NCBI GenBank assembly: GCA_003605065.1 | Contig: QZJM01000063.1 | Span: 12,485 to 76,484 of the forward strand | From: Dethiobacter sp. | GTDB taxonomy: Bacteria > Bacillota > Dethiobacteria > DTU022 > UBA8154 | DNA length: 64,000 bases | Reading direction: 5' to 3' | Shown: positions 1 through 10,188 of the stretch, piece after piece | How the letters are laid out: each line of letters opens with the position of its first letter | Position numbering within the stretch: position 1 is the first letter of the stretch | Made by a program: the position numbers and the translations under genes | The notes under the pieces: model-generated | Databases searched by the model: none | Seen by the model: only the letters and a program-made list of their open reading frames with translations | Told to the model about the DNA's origin: nothing

Positions 1-143
1 GCAGGGAATATTTACAGGATATGACTACTGTGATATAATTAGATTGAAAAAAAGTGTTGTAATTTTTTTCAAAAATAAAGGAGATGAAGCCTATGAAGAG
101 GATTACACCTTATTGCTAATAAATATTGAAGGGAGGGGAAAAG

Positions 144-1511
144 ATGGCTTTTGATTCTGTAAAAAAAGTAGCGGCTGAATTTGCTCTGGACAGGGCCATA
201 AATTATATTACAAAAGATCCAGAAAAAAATCTGTCTACACTCCTTGATTTTATCGAAAAAGTAGCCATAGCTCCCGACCACAAAGAGGCAGTAAAAAAGT
301 TGAAAGCTCACTTCAAAAATAATCCCCAAATCATGGCGCAGACCCGGCGCATTGCCAGTAACCCCAAAATGTTATACAACCTCTTTAATTCCTGGGTCAT
401 TGACGGGACTTTCCTGGGCAGGCCCAAACGGGAAAAACTCAGCAGGGAACTTGGCATAAATATTCCCGCTTTAATTTTGATAGATCCTACCTCTGCCTGT
501 AATTTGCGCTGCGAAGGCTGCTGGGCAGGGGAGTACAGTAAGACAGATCACCTCGAACCAGAGTTGTTCAGCCGGATTATCTCGGAAGCCAAGGAACTGG
601 GAATTCATTGGATTGTTCTTTCCGGGGGCGAGCCTTTCTGTTATCCTTACCTGCTGGATGTGGTAGCCGATCATCCTGAGTCTGTGTTTATGGTTTACAC
701 CAACGGTACACTAATTAATGAGAAAGTAGCCGATCGCCTGGCCGAACTGGCTAATTTATCCCCTGCTTTCAGCCTGGAAGGCTGGCGCGAGCATACTGAT
801 ACCCGCAGGGGCACAGGCACCTTTGACAAGGTTATAAATGCTATGGACCTTCTGAGGGAAAGAGGGGTTTTCTTCGGTGCTTCCGTAACATCCATGCGCA
901 ATAATATTTACGAACTTTTTAGCACTGAATTTATCGATTTTCTTGTAGAAAAAGGTGTAACCTATATGTGGTCTTTTCACTATATTCCTGTAGGGCGCGA
1001 CCCCAATGTAGAGCTGATGCTTATTCCTGAACAGCGGCTCTGGATGCTGGAAAGAGTCAGGGAACTGAGACGGACAAAACCTGTGTTTATCGCTGATTTC
1101 TGGAATGATGGGGAATATACCGGGGGATGTATTGCCGGCGGCAGGCAGTACTTCCACATTAATGCTGCCGGTGACGTGGAGCCCTGCGCCTTTGTCCATT
1201 TTGCCGTAGATACTATTAAGGATAAAAGCCTGAAAGAAGTCCTGGGGAACCCCCTGTTCAAAGCTTACCAGAGGGAGCACCCCTTTAATAAAAACCACCT
1301 GGCTCCCTGCCCCATCATAGATTCCCCGGGGGCTTTAAGGAAAATGGTCAGGGAATGCGGGGCGCATCCAACCCATAAGGGAGCGGAACAAGTCCTGGGG
1401 GGAGAAGTAGCTGAATACCTGGACGATAATTCGCAGCGCTGGCTGCAGCTGGCCGATGAATTTAAGGCGGGAACCGTAGAACTAGATGAAGAGGTTAGTG
1501 CCGGAAAATAG
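144..1511 (+). CDS. radical SAM domain protein (CxxxCxxC, possible SPASM/twitch C-terminal region)
   Basis: ORF 126..1511. CNLRCEGC motif after a ~110-aa N-terminal extension. RBS GGGAGGGG precedes the ATG at 144. TAG stop. Confidence 0.65.
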   Translation: MAFDSVKKVAAEFALDRAINYITKDPEKNLSTLLDFIEKVAIAPDHKEAVKKLKAHFKNNPQIMAQTRRIASNPKMLYNLFNSWVIDGTFLGRPKREKLSRELGINIPALILIDPTSACNLRCEGCWAGEYSKTDHLEPELFSRIISEAKELGIHWIVLSGGEPFCYPYLLDVVADHPESVFMVYTNGTLINEKVADRLAELANLSPAFSLEGWREHTDTRRGTGTFDKVINAMDLLRERGVFFGASVTSMRNNIYELFSTEFIDFLVEKGVTYMWSFHYIPVGRDPNVELMLIPEQRLWMLERVRELRRTKPVFIADFWNDGEYTGGCIAGGRQYFHINAAGDVEPCAFVHFAVDTIKDKSLKEVLGNPLFKAYQREHPFNKNHLAPCPIIDSPGALRKMVRECGAHPTHKGAEQVLGGEVAEYLDDNSQRWLQLADEFKAGTVELDEEVSAGK

Positions 1512-1592
1512 CAGGTAAAGTAATGATTCCCCGCCGAAGGGATGGCGGCTGCGGGAATTCCACTTTAAACATAATTTCGACATATAGAGAGC

Positions 1593-1636
1593 AACCCTTA
1601 CTTCTTTGCTTTTAGAAGAGGTAAGGGTTTTGTTTT
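1593..1636. terminator. bidirectional rho-independent terminator between convergent genes
   Basis: Inverted repeat ACCCTTACTTCT / AGAAGAGGTAAGGGT followed by TTTTGTTTT. Confidence 0.6.
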
Positions 1637-1689
1637 AAAGATATGATAAAAGTATCCGTTTAAAGCACTGTCTTTCCTTAATTTTTCTC

Positions 1690-2583
1690 TTAAGTGAAGC
1701 TGTCTTCGCTTTTCCCCTTTTTCTTATGAAGTTCAATGAACCTTTGTTTTACCTGTCTGCTTTCTTCTGCTAGCACGACACGGCGGGCGGAAACGTTAAC
1801 CTGCGTAAATTGAAATCCGGTAAGATTTTCCAGCCTTTCTTTAACCTGCTGTTGTATTTCCTGCAGGAGCTGTGGAATATTGAAGCCGTATATTAAAATA
1901 ACATCCAGGTTTATCACCATACCGTTTTTACTGGAGATAACGGCCGTTTTTTTAGCCCGGGCCACCCCTTTGATCTGTTCTGTAACATAAACAGCTATTT
2001 GTTCGATGACATTTTCGGAGAGAAAATAATTTCCCAGGGAGCTGTACAACGGCCGCACTATGGAATGTTCCATGGACCGGTAGGGCGTAGCTTTACTTTT
2101 ACGGAAAAAAGCCTTTAAGGGATCCAGAAAGTAACCGGGGAAATCTTTTTCTATGGCAAATGTGGGTATGGGAATAACATGCCTGTTTTCCTTTTCTCTT
2201 ATTTCCAGCGCCCGCGTAATTTCTTCGGAGGTAGATACGTCTTCGATACGTATTACTTTCTGGGGAGCAGGAATTTCCAGCCTTTTGGTAATATAATTCA
2301 CCATGCGTTCGGAAGTGCCAAGGATGAGAATGCTTTCCGGCTTAATTTCCCTGATTTTCTCCCGGACTTGTTCAGCGTGCTGCGGATCTATAAACACAGC
2401 TCTTTTTGTGGCTGCCATCTTTGTGTTTTCTCTTTTGGCCGAACGGCCGGCCAGTACCTGGCTGCCCCGTATGAGCAGCCCGTCATCGATAATATATTCT
2501 ATTCCTTCCTGGAAAGATACCTGCACACATTGGTGGCTTTTACCTGATCCGCTGATTCCGATTAAGGCATATACCTTCATCAC
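1690..2583 (-). CDS. P-loop NTPase (GISGSGKS) fused to an Asp23/Gls24-like C-terminal domain, function unknown
   Basis: 297-aa ORF. Walker A motif at the N-terminus. The C-terminal half resembles alkaline-shock (Asp23) family proteins. Confidence 0.45.
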   Translation of the reverse strand: MMKVYALIGISGSGKSHQCVQVSFQEGIEYIIDDGLLIRGSQVLAGRSAKRENTKMAATKRAVFIDPQHAEQVREKIREIKPESILILGTSERMVNYITKRLEIPAPQKVIRIEDVSTSEEITRALEIREKENRHVIPIPTFAIEKDFPGYFLDPLKAFFRKSKATPYRSMEHSIVRPLYSSLGNYFLSENVIEQIAVYVTEQIKGVARAKKTAVISSKNGMVINLDVILIYGFNIPQLLQEIQQQVKERLENLTGFQFTQVNVSARRVVLAEESRQVKQRFIELHKKKGKSEDSFT

Positions 2584-2861
2584 TTTCCCTCCCGATTATT
2601 AAAATGAGTATACCATACCTTTCCGGAGAAGTCGATAAGACAAAAAAACTCTTCAGTTAAGCAGGATTTACTGCTTTTCTTTGCGAATGTAATTGTACCT
2701 GGCTTAAGAATTACTGGGCTTTTTGTATTGAAAAAGACAGGTGATATTGATATACTGGATTACGTGGTAGAATACATACAGGCAGAACTTCAGATGCGCC
2801 TGAGGGATAATTCAGGCTACAGGGTAGAGATAAAAGCTCAAGAAAAATAGGAGGTGCTGTT

Positions 2862-4403
2862 ATGGAAGACAAATTAAATTTTTTGCAGCAGAGAAGGAAT
2901 ATTATCCTTCAGGGCGGCGGGACGGAGCGAATTGAAGACCAGCATAAAAAGGGAAAGCAAACGGCCAGGGAGAGACTGGAACAATTTTTGGATCCGGGCA
3001 GCTTTACTGAAGTAGGTACCTTTGTCCAGGGCGGCCTGGAGGATGCCAGTACCATGGATATCCCTCTGCCGGGAGAAGGCGTGGTGACCGGTTATGGGAC
3101 ATTAGATGGGCGCCTGGTATATGTTTTTGCCCAGGATTTTACCGTTTCAGGGGGTTCCCTGGGTGAAATGCATGCCGCTAAAATTTGTCGCGTAATGGAT
3201 TTAGCTGCCCAAAACGGTGCTCCCTTTATCGGCATTAATGACTCCGGAGGGGCCAGAATCCAGGAAGGCGTAATGTCCCTGGACGGTTACGGTAATATCT
3301 TTTTCCGAAACACAGTTAATTCCGGGGTGATCCCCCAGATTTCCGTTATTATGGGCCCCAGCGCCGGGGGGGCCGTTTATTCCCCTGCGCTGACTGATTT
3401 TGTTTTCATGGTGGACAATACCAGCTATATGTTTATAACCGGGCCCCAGGTCATCAAGGCGGTAACCGGTGAAGAGGTTTCCCCCGGTAAGCTCGGTGGT
3501 GCCGCCACCCATAACGAGATAAGCGGGGTGGCTCATTTCCGGGCCAGGGACGAGCAGGAATGTTTTATGCTGCTTAAAAAACTTTTAAGTTACCTGCCTT
3601 CCAACAACTTAAACAATGCTCCTGTTGTTCCAACCGCGGAACCAACCCTGCCGGCGGAGGACCTGGTAAACCTGGTGCCTGCCGACCCCAACAGGGGCTA
3701 TGACGTGGTGGATGTTATCAAAAGGGTTGTTGATGGAAGCGAGTTTTTCCAGGTCCACGAGCATTTTGCCAAAAACGCCGTGGTAGGTTTTGCCAGGATT
3801 GCCGGCCAGTCGGTGGGGATCATCGCCAACCAGCCCAAGTTCCTGGCGGGATGCCTGGATATCAACAGTTCCGATAAGATTTCCCGCTTCGTCAGGTTCT
3901 GCGATTGCTTTAATATTCCCATGGTAACTTTTGTGGATGTTCCGGGTTATCTTCCCGGCGTGCACCAGGAATACGGGGGTATTATCCGCCATGGGGCCAA
4001 AATACTCTATGCTTACTCCGAGGCTACTGTTCCGCAGGTAAGCGTTATTTTACGCAAGGCTTACGGGGGCGCCTATATCGCCATGAACGCCCGCAGCCTG
4101 GGGGCGGACTATGCCTTTGCCTGGCCCACGGCGGAGATAGCCGTGATGGGACCGGAAGGGGCCATCAATATCATTAACCGCAGGGAAATAGAAAAGGCTG
4201 AGAACCCCGAAGGAGAAAGAAAAAACAAGGTAAATGAATACCGGCAAAAATTTGCCAACCCGTATATTGCCGCCGCCCGTGGCTGGATAGATGATGTCAT
4301 CGATCCCGGGGATACCCGCCGCCATCTCATCAGGGCCCTTGATTCGCTTAAAGATAAATTTGAGGACCGGCCCCGTAAAAAACATGGCAATTTCCCGGTT
4401 TAA
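2862..4403 (+). CDS. acyl-CoA carboxylase carboxyltransferase subunit (propionyl-CoA carboxylase beta / methylmalonyl-CoA decarboxylase alpha family)
   Basis: 513 aa, matches the carboxyltransferase family across its length. RBS AGGAGG upstream. Confidence 0.85.
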   Translation: MEDKLNFLQQRRNIILQGGGTERIEDQHKKGKQTARERLEQFLDPGSFTEVGTFVQGGLEDASTMDIPLPGEGVVTGYGTLDGRLVYVFAQDFTVSGGSLGEMHAAKICRVMDLAAQNGAPFIGINDSGGARIQEGVMSLDGYGNIFFRNTVNSGVIPQISVIMGPSAGGAVYSPALTDFVFMVDNTSYMFITGPQVIKAVTGEEVSPGKLGGAATHNEISGVAHFRARDEQECFMLLKKLLSYLPSNNLNNAPVVPTAEPTLPAEDLVNLVPADPNRGYDVVDVIKRVVDGSEFFQVHEHFAKNAVVGFARIAGQSVGIIANQPKFLAGCLDINSSDKISRFVRFCDCFNIPMVTFVDVPGYLPGVHQEYGGIIRHGAKILYAYSEATVPQVSVILRKAYGGAYIAMNARSLGADYAFAWPTAEIAVMGPEGAINIINRREIEKAENPEGERKNKVNEYRQKFANPYIAAARGWIDDVIDPGDTRRHLIRALDSLKDKFEDRPRKKHGNFPV

Positions 4404-4424
4404 ACTACCCTCGCTCCTTTTATA

Positions 4425-4453
4425 TTGACTTTTTAACAACCTGGTGTTAAGAT
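4425..4453 (+). promoter_or_regulatory. sigma-A type promoter (TTGACT-17-TAAGAT with extended TG) for the T-box leader / arg operon
   Basis: TTGACT at 4425..4430, TG at 4445..4446, TAAGAT at 4448..4453. Confidence 0.4.
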
Positions 4454-4474
4454 TTTTAAAAAACAACTGCATAA

Positions 4475-4768
4475 TAGCTGAAGAAGGGGAGAGTAGGGGC
4501 AGGAAAAGCCTAAGTGAGCCGGGGCTAGTGCGAACCCGGTGCCGGAACTGCTCTGAAGCGCACCCCGGAGGCGAAAGCTGAAGCCTGGAGGCAGGACCGT
4601 TTCCTTAACAAGCGGGCTTCCCGGTGTGTAGGCTTTTCCGGGTAAAATCCGTTAACGTTATGCTGCTTAGAGTTCCTGCAGCAGCCTTGAGGAGGGCCCA
4701 AAAGGGCCAATAAAGGTGGTACCGCGAGAATGCCTCTCGTCCTTTTGGAAGAGAGGCTCTCTTTATTT
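4475..4768 (+). promoter_or_regulatory. T-box riboswitch leader with intrinsic terminator, upstream of argC
   Basis: AGAGTA (GA/K-turn motif) at about 4490. Canonical T-box sequence AATAAAGGTGGTACCGCG at 4709..4726. Terminator hairpin GCCTCTC..GAGAGGC (4732..4757) plus TCTCTTTATTT. Confidence 0.7.
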
Positions 4769-4783
4769 AAGGGGGTATTTTTG

Positions 4784-5821
4784 ATGCGCGTGGGGATAAT
4801 CGGTGTTACAGGTTATACGGGAAGCGAGCTTTTAAGACTTGTTTTTGCTCATAAGGGTGTAGAGCTTACCTATGTTACCTCCCATTCCTTTACGGGAAAA
4901 CCCCTGCCCGAAGTGCATCCGCACTACCTGGGCATCCTGGAACCGGTATGCCGCCCTTTTTCTGTAGATGAGGCCGTGGAGAAGGCAGACCTGGTTTTTT
5001 CCGCCCTGCCGCACGGGGAGTCCATGGAAGCGGTCTCTCTGTTACGCGAGGCGGGCTTAAAGGTTATAGATTTAAGTGCCGATTTCCGCCTGGCAGATGC
5101 AAATCTCTACCTGGAGTGGTATAAAAAAGAGCATAGTGCACCCCGGCTTTTGGCGCAGGCCGTATACGGCTTGCCGGAACTTTACAGGGAGCAGATAAAG
5201 AAGGCCTCCCTGGTGGCTAACCCGGGCTGCTACCCCACTTCGGTTATTCTGGCCCTGGCCCCGCTGGCGGCCAGAGGCGTGGTGGACTGGGATACGCTGG
5301 TAGTGGACGCCAAGTCAGGGACTTCCGGGGCCGGGCGGGTGCCTTCACAGGTCCTGCATTTTCCTGAATGTGCGGAAAATTTTCGGGCTTACCGGGTTGC
5401 CCAGCACCAGCATACCCCGGAGATGGAGCAGGAGTTGAGCAAACTGGGGGGCCGGAAGGTGAGTTTTACCTTTGTGCCCCATTTGCTTCCCATGATCAGG
5501 GGTATTCTCAGCACCATTTACACGGGTTTGACAGTCCCCATCACGGAGGAAGAAATCCTGGATATGTACCGGGACTTTTACAGGGAAGAAAAATTTGTCA
5601 GGCTGCTGCCTCCACCTTTATTGGTGGAGACAAGAAACGTTTACGCCAGCAACTATTGTGATCTCTCTATCAGGTGGGACTCCCGCAACAACAGGTTAAT
5701 TATTCTTTCGGCCCTGGATAACCTGGTTAAAGGCGCTGCCGGGCAGGCTGTACAGAATATGAATCTTATGCTGGGCTTCAAGGAGGAAAAGGGACTGGAA
5801 ATGGTTCCCTTAAGGCCCTGA
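4784..5821 (+). CDS. argC: N-acetyl-gamma-glutamyl-phosphate reductase
   Basis: GVTGYTGSELLRL NAD-binding N-terminus. Start ATG at 4784 after RBS AAGGGGGT. The ORF-track start at 4730 would include the T-box terminator. Confidence 0.9.
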   Translation: MRVGIIGVTGYTGSELLRLVFAHKGVELTYVTSHSFTGKPLPEVHPHYLGILEPVCRPFSVDEAVEKADLVFSALPHGESMEAVSLLREAGLKVIDLSADFRLADANLYLEWYKKEHSAPRLLAQAVYGLPELYREQIKKASLVANPGCYPTSVILALAPLAARGVVDWDTLVVDAKSGTSGAGRVPSQVLHFPECAENFRAYRVAQHQHTPEMEQELSKLGGRKVSFTFVPHLLPMIRGILSTIYTGLTVPITEEEILDMYRDFYREEKFVRLLPPPLLVETRNVYASNYCDLSIRWDSRNNRLIILSALDNLVKGAAGQAVQNMNLMLGFKEEKGLEMVPLRP

Positions 5822-5843
5822 AGTTTCCTGGAGGTAGGTAAAA

Positions 5844-7061
5844 ATGAGCGCAAATAACATAAAGATTATTGAAGGAGGCATTACCGCCGTCCCCGGGATT
5901 GAGGCTGCGGGGGTACACTGCGGAATTAAGAAAAACGGAGAGAAAGATCTGGCCCTGATCTACAGCAGGGAACCGGCTGTTGCTGCGGGGGTGTTTACCA
6001 CGAACAAGTTCAAGGCGCCTCCATTACTGGTAACGGAGAAACACATCGGCAACCCTATCCGGGCCATTATTATTAACAGCGGTGTCGCCAATGCCTGTAC
6101 CGGTGACCAGGGCCTCCGGGATGCCCTGAACACGGCGGAATTTGCCGCCGGGAAACTGGGGCTTAAAAAGGAAGATGTTCTGGTGGCTTCAACCGGGGTA
6201 GTTGGTGCTTACCTGCCCATGAAGGAACTCTCCCTCGGTATTGAAGAAGCTGTAGGGAAGCTTTCCCCCGGGGGCGGGAAAGAGGCGGCCCTGGCGATTA
6301 TGACCACTGATACCGTCAGTAAAGAAAGCGCCTGCCGGGTGGAGGTTGAAGGGGACAACATTTCCTTTACTATTGCCGGGATGGCCAAAGGCTCCGGCAT
6401 GATTTGCCCTGACATGGCTACGATGCTTGCTTTTATCGCTACTGATGTAAAAATCAGCAGGGAAACTCTGCAGAAAGCCCTGGTAAAGGCTGTAGCGCAT
6501 TCTTTTAACATGGTAACGGTGGATGGGGATACCTCCACCAACGATATGGTCATCCTTCTTTCCAACGGAGCAGCTGAAGTGGAAGTAACAGAAGATGGTC
6601 CCCTGTGGGAAACTTTTAATAAGGCCTTACTTCACATTTGCCGGGACCTGGCTTACAAAGTCGTGGCTGATGGTGAAGGGGCCACCAAAGTAATTAAACT
6701 TACGGTTAAGGGCGCTCCTGATTACAGAACGGGGCGAAAGCTGGCCCGGGCCATTTTGAACTCCTCCCTGGTAAAAACAGCTTTTTTTGGGGAGGACGCC
6801 AACTGGGGACGTATCATCACGGCCATGGGCTATACAGATGTTGATTTTTATCCGGAACGGGTGGATATTTTCCTCGGCCGGGTGCAGGTAACTGCTTCCG
6901 GTAAAGGACTGCTTTTTGACGAGTACCAGGCCAAAGAGGTTTTAAGGCAGGGTGAGATCCCCGTGGTGGTTAACCTGCATATGGGACCGGAAGAGGTAAC
7001 GGCCTGGGGGTGTGATCTCAGCTACGAGTATATAAAAATAAACAGCGCTTACAGGAGTTGA
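5844..7061 (+). CDS. argJ: bifunctional ornithine acetyltransferase / N-acetylglutamate synthase
   Basis: 405 aa. ATML/TDV self-cleavage region (ATMLAFIATD). Confidence 0.9.
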   Translation: MSANNIKIIEGGITAVPGIEAAGVHCGIKKNGEKDLALIYSREPAVAAGVFTTNKFKAPPLLVTEKHIGNPIRAIIINSGVANACTGDQGLRDALNTAEFAAGKLGLKKEDVLVASTGVVGAYLPMKELSLGIEEAVGKLSPGGGKEAALAIMTTDTVSKESACRVEVEGDNISFTIAGMAKGSGMICPDMATMLAFIATDVKISRETLQKALVKAVAHSFNMVTVDGDTSTNDMVILLSNGAAEVEVTEDGPLWETFNKALLHICRDLAYKVVADGEGATKVIKLTVKGAPDYRTGRKLARAILNSSLVKTAFFGEDANWGRIITAMGYTDVDFYPERVDIFLGRVQVTASGKGLLFDEYQAKEVLRQGEIPVVVNLHMGPEEVTAWGCDLSYEYIKINSAYRS

Positions 7062-7077
7062 AAGGAGGTTGCCGCTT

Positions 7078-7974
7078 ATGGAAAAATCTATGGAGGCGCT
7101 CATTGCCAAGGCCGGGGTTTTAATCGAGGCGCTGCCTTATATCCGCAACTTTACCGGCAAAACTTTTGTGATCAAGTATGGCGGGCAGGCCATGATCAGC
7201 GATGAGCTTAAAAATTCGGTGGCCCAGGATATAGTTTTACTAAAATTTATCGGCATTAATCCTATTGTTGTGCACGGCGGGGGCAAGGAAATAACGGCAC
7301 TCATGGAGAAGACGGGAAAAAAGGCCCGCTTTGTCAGCGGATTGAGGGTCACCGATAAAGAGACCATGGAAGTGGTGGAAATGGTGCTGGTGGGAAAAGT
7401 GAACAAGGAGATCGTCACTCTGCTTAACCGGCACGGGGGTAAAGCGGTCGGGCTGAGCGGCAAGGACAGCAATCTTCTTGTCTGCCGGAAAAGATCTCCG
7501 TTGCAGGTAGTTGTGGAGGGGAAGGAACAATATGTGGACCTGGGCTATGTGGGGGATGTGGTCGTGGTGAGCCCCGAGGTAATACATACTCTCAGCCGGA
7601 ACGGTTATATACCGGTAATATCCTCCATCGGCGTCAGCCCGGAGGGAGAAGGGCTGAATATAAATGCCGATCACGTGGCGGGTGAACTTGCCGCCGCCCT
7701 GGGGGCGGAAAAATTAATTATTCTGACCGATGTGGAAGGCATTTTTGCAGAACCGGGAGATCCAGGCACGCTGATCTCTTCCCTCCAGCGCCAGAAAGTC
7801 CGGGAGATGATTATTTCCGGGGAAATATCTGCCGGGATGATTCCCAAGGTGGAGGCCTGTGTCAGGGCCCTGAACAATAATGTATCCCGAACCCATATTA
7901 TCGATGGCCGTCTTAACCATTCCATGCTCCTGGAGATTTTTACGGACAAAGGCATCGGCACAATGGTGATATAA
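7078..7974 (+). CDS. argB: acetylglutamate kinase
   Basis: Amino-acid kinase family. ATG at 7078 with AGGAGG at 7064..7069. The ORF-track TTG at 7069 lies inside the RBS. Confidence 0.9.
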   Translation: MEKSMEALIAKAGVLIEALPYIRNFTGKTFVIKYGGQAMISDELKNSVAQDIVLLKFIGINPIVVHGGGKEITALMEKTGKKARFVSGLRVTDKETMEVVEMVLVGKVNKEIVTLLNRHGGKAVGLSGKDSNLLVCRKRSPLQVVVEGKEQYVDLGYVGDVVVVSPEVIHTLSRNGYIPVISSIGVSPEGEGLNINADHVAGELAAALGAEKLIILTDVEGIFAEPGDPGTLISSLQRQKVREMIISGEISAGMIPKVEACVRALNNNVSRTHIIDGRLNHSMLLEIFTDKGIGTMVI

Positions 7975-8033
7975 GTAGGAAAATAGCCGGATAGCTTCCG
8001 CTGCTTTAGGCAAGTTTAAAGGGGTGGGGAAAA

Positions 8034-9236
8034 ATGTTAAAGGACGAGGAGAAGCATTTTATAATCAACACCTATAACCGCCAGCCGGACTTCACTCTGC
8101 TTATTACCAGGGGGAAGGGGACGCTGGTCTGGGATGAAAACGGAAAAGCATACCTGGATTTTGTAGGGGGGCTGGCTGTAAATGCTCTCGGCCATGCCTG
8201 CCCTCCGGTCATAAACGCTGCCTGGGAGCAGATGAACAAAGTTATTCATACCTCCAATTTATATTACAGCGAACCCCAGGTTAAGTTGGCCAAATGCCTG
8301 GTAGAAAATTCTGCGGCAGACAGGGTCTTTTTCTGCAACAGCGGGGCCGAGGCCAACGAGGCAGCGATTAAACTGGCCCGCAAGTTCAGCAAACTGCATC
8401 TTGGCGCCGCCAAAATTGAAATTATAACGGCGCTGAATTCTTTTCACGGTCGCACCCTGGCCACCATTACGGCCACGGGGCAGGAGAAATTTCAAAAAGG
8501 TTTTGAACCTCTTGTTCCCGGTTTCCGTTACGCCCGGTTTAACGATCTGGATTCTTTCCAGTCCCAGCTTAATGATTCCACCTGTGCGATCATGGTTGAG
8601 CCCGTGCAGGGGGAAGGGGGAGTCCATGTTGCTGCAGCGGATTTCCTGGTGGGGCTGCGGCGTTTATGTGACGAAAACCGGCTTTTGCTTATTTTTGATG
8701 AGGTGCAGTGCGGTACGGGACGTACCGGTAAGCTCTTTGCTTATGAGCACGATGCCGTTTTGCCGGATATTATTACCCTGGCCAAAGCGCTGGGAGGGGG
8801 CTTCCCCATCGGGGCGATGCTCTGCCGTGAAAAAGTGGCTTCAGGCTTTTCACCCGGTGACCACGCTTCCACTTTTGGGGGCAACCCTGTCGCCTGTGCG
8901 GCAGCTTTCGCTGTAATGCAGGAAATCTTACAGGAGGGTTTTTTGGATGATGTTACTGATAAAGGTATTTATTTTCAGGAGAAGCTACGGCTCCTTAACA
9001 GAAAATTTCCCGGTGTTATCATAGAGATTCGGGGAAAAGGCCTGATGATCGGGGTGGAGCTGAAGGAAAAAGGCCAGGCAGTACAGCGTCTATGCCAGCA
9101 AAAAGGCCTGCTTGTTAACTGCATCGGGGACAGGATTTTGCGTTTTCTTCCCCCCTTGAACGTAAGCCGGGAAGAACTGGATTTGGCCCTGGAAGTGTTA
9201 CAAAATACATTTACGGAGGTGTTTGGCGGTGAATAG
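8034..9236 (+). CDS. argD: acetylornithine aminotransferase (class III PLP aminotransferase)
   Basis: 400 aa. Typical AT-III motifs. Ends with TAG and overlaps the argF start. Confidence 0.9.
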   Translation: MLKDEEKHFIINTYNRQPDFTLLITRGKGTLVWDENGKAYLDFVGGLAVNALGHACPPVINAAWEQMNKVIHTSNLYYSEPQVKLAKCLVENSAADRVFFCNSGAEANEAAIKLARKFSKLHLGAAKIEIITALNSFHGRTLATITATGQEKFQKGFEPLVPGFRYARFNDLDSFQSQLNDSTCAIMVEPVQGEGGVHVAAADFLVGLRRLCDENRLLLIFDEVQCGTGRTGKLFAYEHDAVLPDIITLAKALGGGFPIGAMLCREKVASGFSPGDHASTFGGNPVACAAAFAVMQEILQEGFLDDVTDKGIYFQEKLRLLNRKFPGVIIEIRGKGLMIGVELKEKGQAVQRLCQQKGLLVNCIGDRILRFLPPLNVSREELDLALEVLQNTFTEVFGGE

Positions 9237-10161
9237 TCTGCGCGGCAGGCATTTTTTATCCCTGCAGGATTTTACCCCGACGGAAATCGCGGCTCTGCTG
9301 CATTTTGCCGGGGAACTTAAACAGCGGCAGAAAAAAGGCGAATCCCATCCTCTGCTGGCCGGTAAAACGCTGGGCATGATTTTCCAGAAACCTTCTACCA
9401 GGACCAGAGTGTCTTTTGAAGTGGGTATGTGGCAGTTGGGAGGGTATGCTCTCTTTTTGAGCAGCCAGGAACTGCAGATGGGCAGGGGGGAACCCATCAA
9501 AGACACTGCTGCCGTTCTCTCACGCTATGTAGACGGAATCATGATCCGCACCTTTAACCATAGTGAGGTGGAGGAACTGGCTTTCTATGCCTCTGTTCCC
9601 GTCATAAACGGCCTCACGGACCTGCTGCATCCCTGCCAGGCCCTCGCCGATTTGCTTACTGTGGAAGAAAGGCTGGGGAAGCTGGCGGGACTGAAACTTG
9701 CCTATACCGGCGATGGGAATAACGTGGCACATTCATTGCTGCTGGGTTGTTCCAAAATGGGCATGAACATTGCTGTAGCCGGACCCCGGCCATACTGGCC
9801 CCTCCCGGAAATAACAGCAAAGGCCAGGGAAAATGCCGCAGCAAGCGGGGGCAGCGTGCTCATTACGGAAGACCCCCTGGAAGCCGTGAAAGAGGCCGAT
9901 GTGATTTATACAGATGTGTGGGCCAGCATGGGAAAGGAAGCAGAAAAAATGGAGCGAAAGAAAATTTTTGCTCCCTACCAAGTCAACGATAACCTGGTCA
10001 AAGCGGCCCGGCCCGGGGCACTGGTCATGCACTGCCTGCCCGCTTACAGGGGTGAAGAGATAACTACCGAGGTTCTGGAAGGAGAGCAGTCTGTAGTCCC
10101 GGAGCAGGCCGAAAACCGCCTCCATGCCCAGAAATCCCTGATGGCCCTGCTGATGGGATGA
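9223..10161 (+). CDS. argF: ornithine carbamoyltransferase
   Basis: STRTR carbamoyl-phosphate motif and HCLP motif. The start is TTG 9223 or GTG 9229 after RBS GGAGG. Confidence 0.9.
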   Translation: MAVNSLRGRHFLSLQDFTPTEIAALLHFAGELKQRQKKGESHPLLAGKTLGMIFQKPSTRTRVSFEVGMWQLGGYALFLSSQELQMGRGEPIKDTAAVLSRYVDGIMIRTFNHSEVEELAFYASVPVINGLTDLLHPCQALADLLTVEERLGKLAGLKLAYTGDGNNVAHSLLLGCSKMGMNIAVAGPRPYWPLPEITAKARENAAASGGSVLITEDPLEAVKEADVIYTDVWASMGKEAEKMERKKIFAPYQVNDNLVKAARPGALVMHCLPAYRGEEITTEVLEGEQSVVPEQAENRLHAQKSLMALLMG

Positions 10162-10188
10162 GTAAAAATTAAGGAAAGGGTGACTAAA

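Noticed and set aside
756-1298. Antisense ORFs inside the radical SAM gene (and similar nested minus-strand ORFs inside pccB, argJ, argB, the kor genes and mtmC, e.g. 3201..3536, 6209..6565, 35405..36133, 55342..55905).
   Set aside because: They are entirely embedded in the opposite strand of strongly supported genes. They have low-complexity or Ser/Pro/Ala-rich translations typical of shadow ORFs, and no RBS.
4730-4783. Upstream start for argC (MPLVLLEERLSLFKGVFL).
   Set aside because: This segment is the T-box terminator hairpin and T-tract. ATG 4784 has a proper RBS and gives the conserved argC N-terminus.
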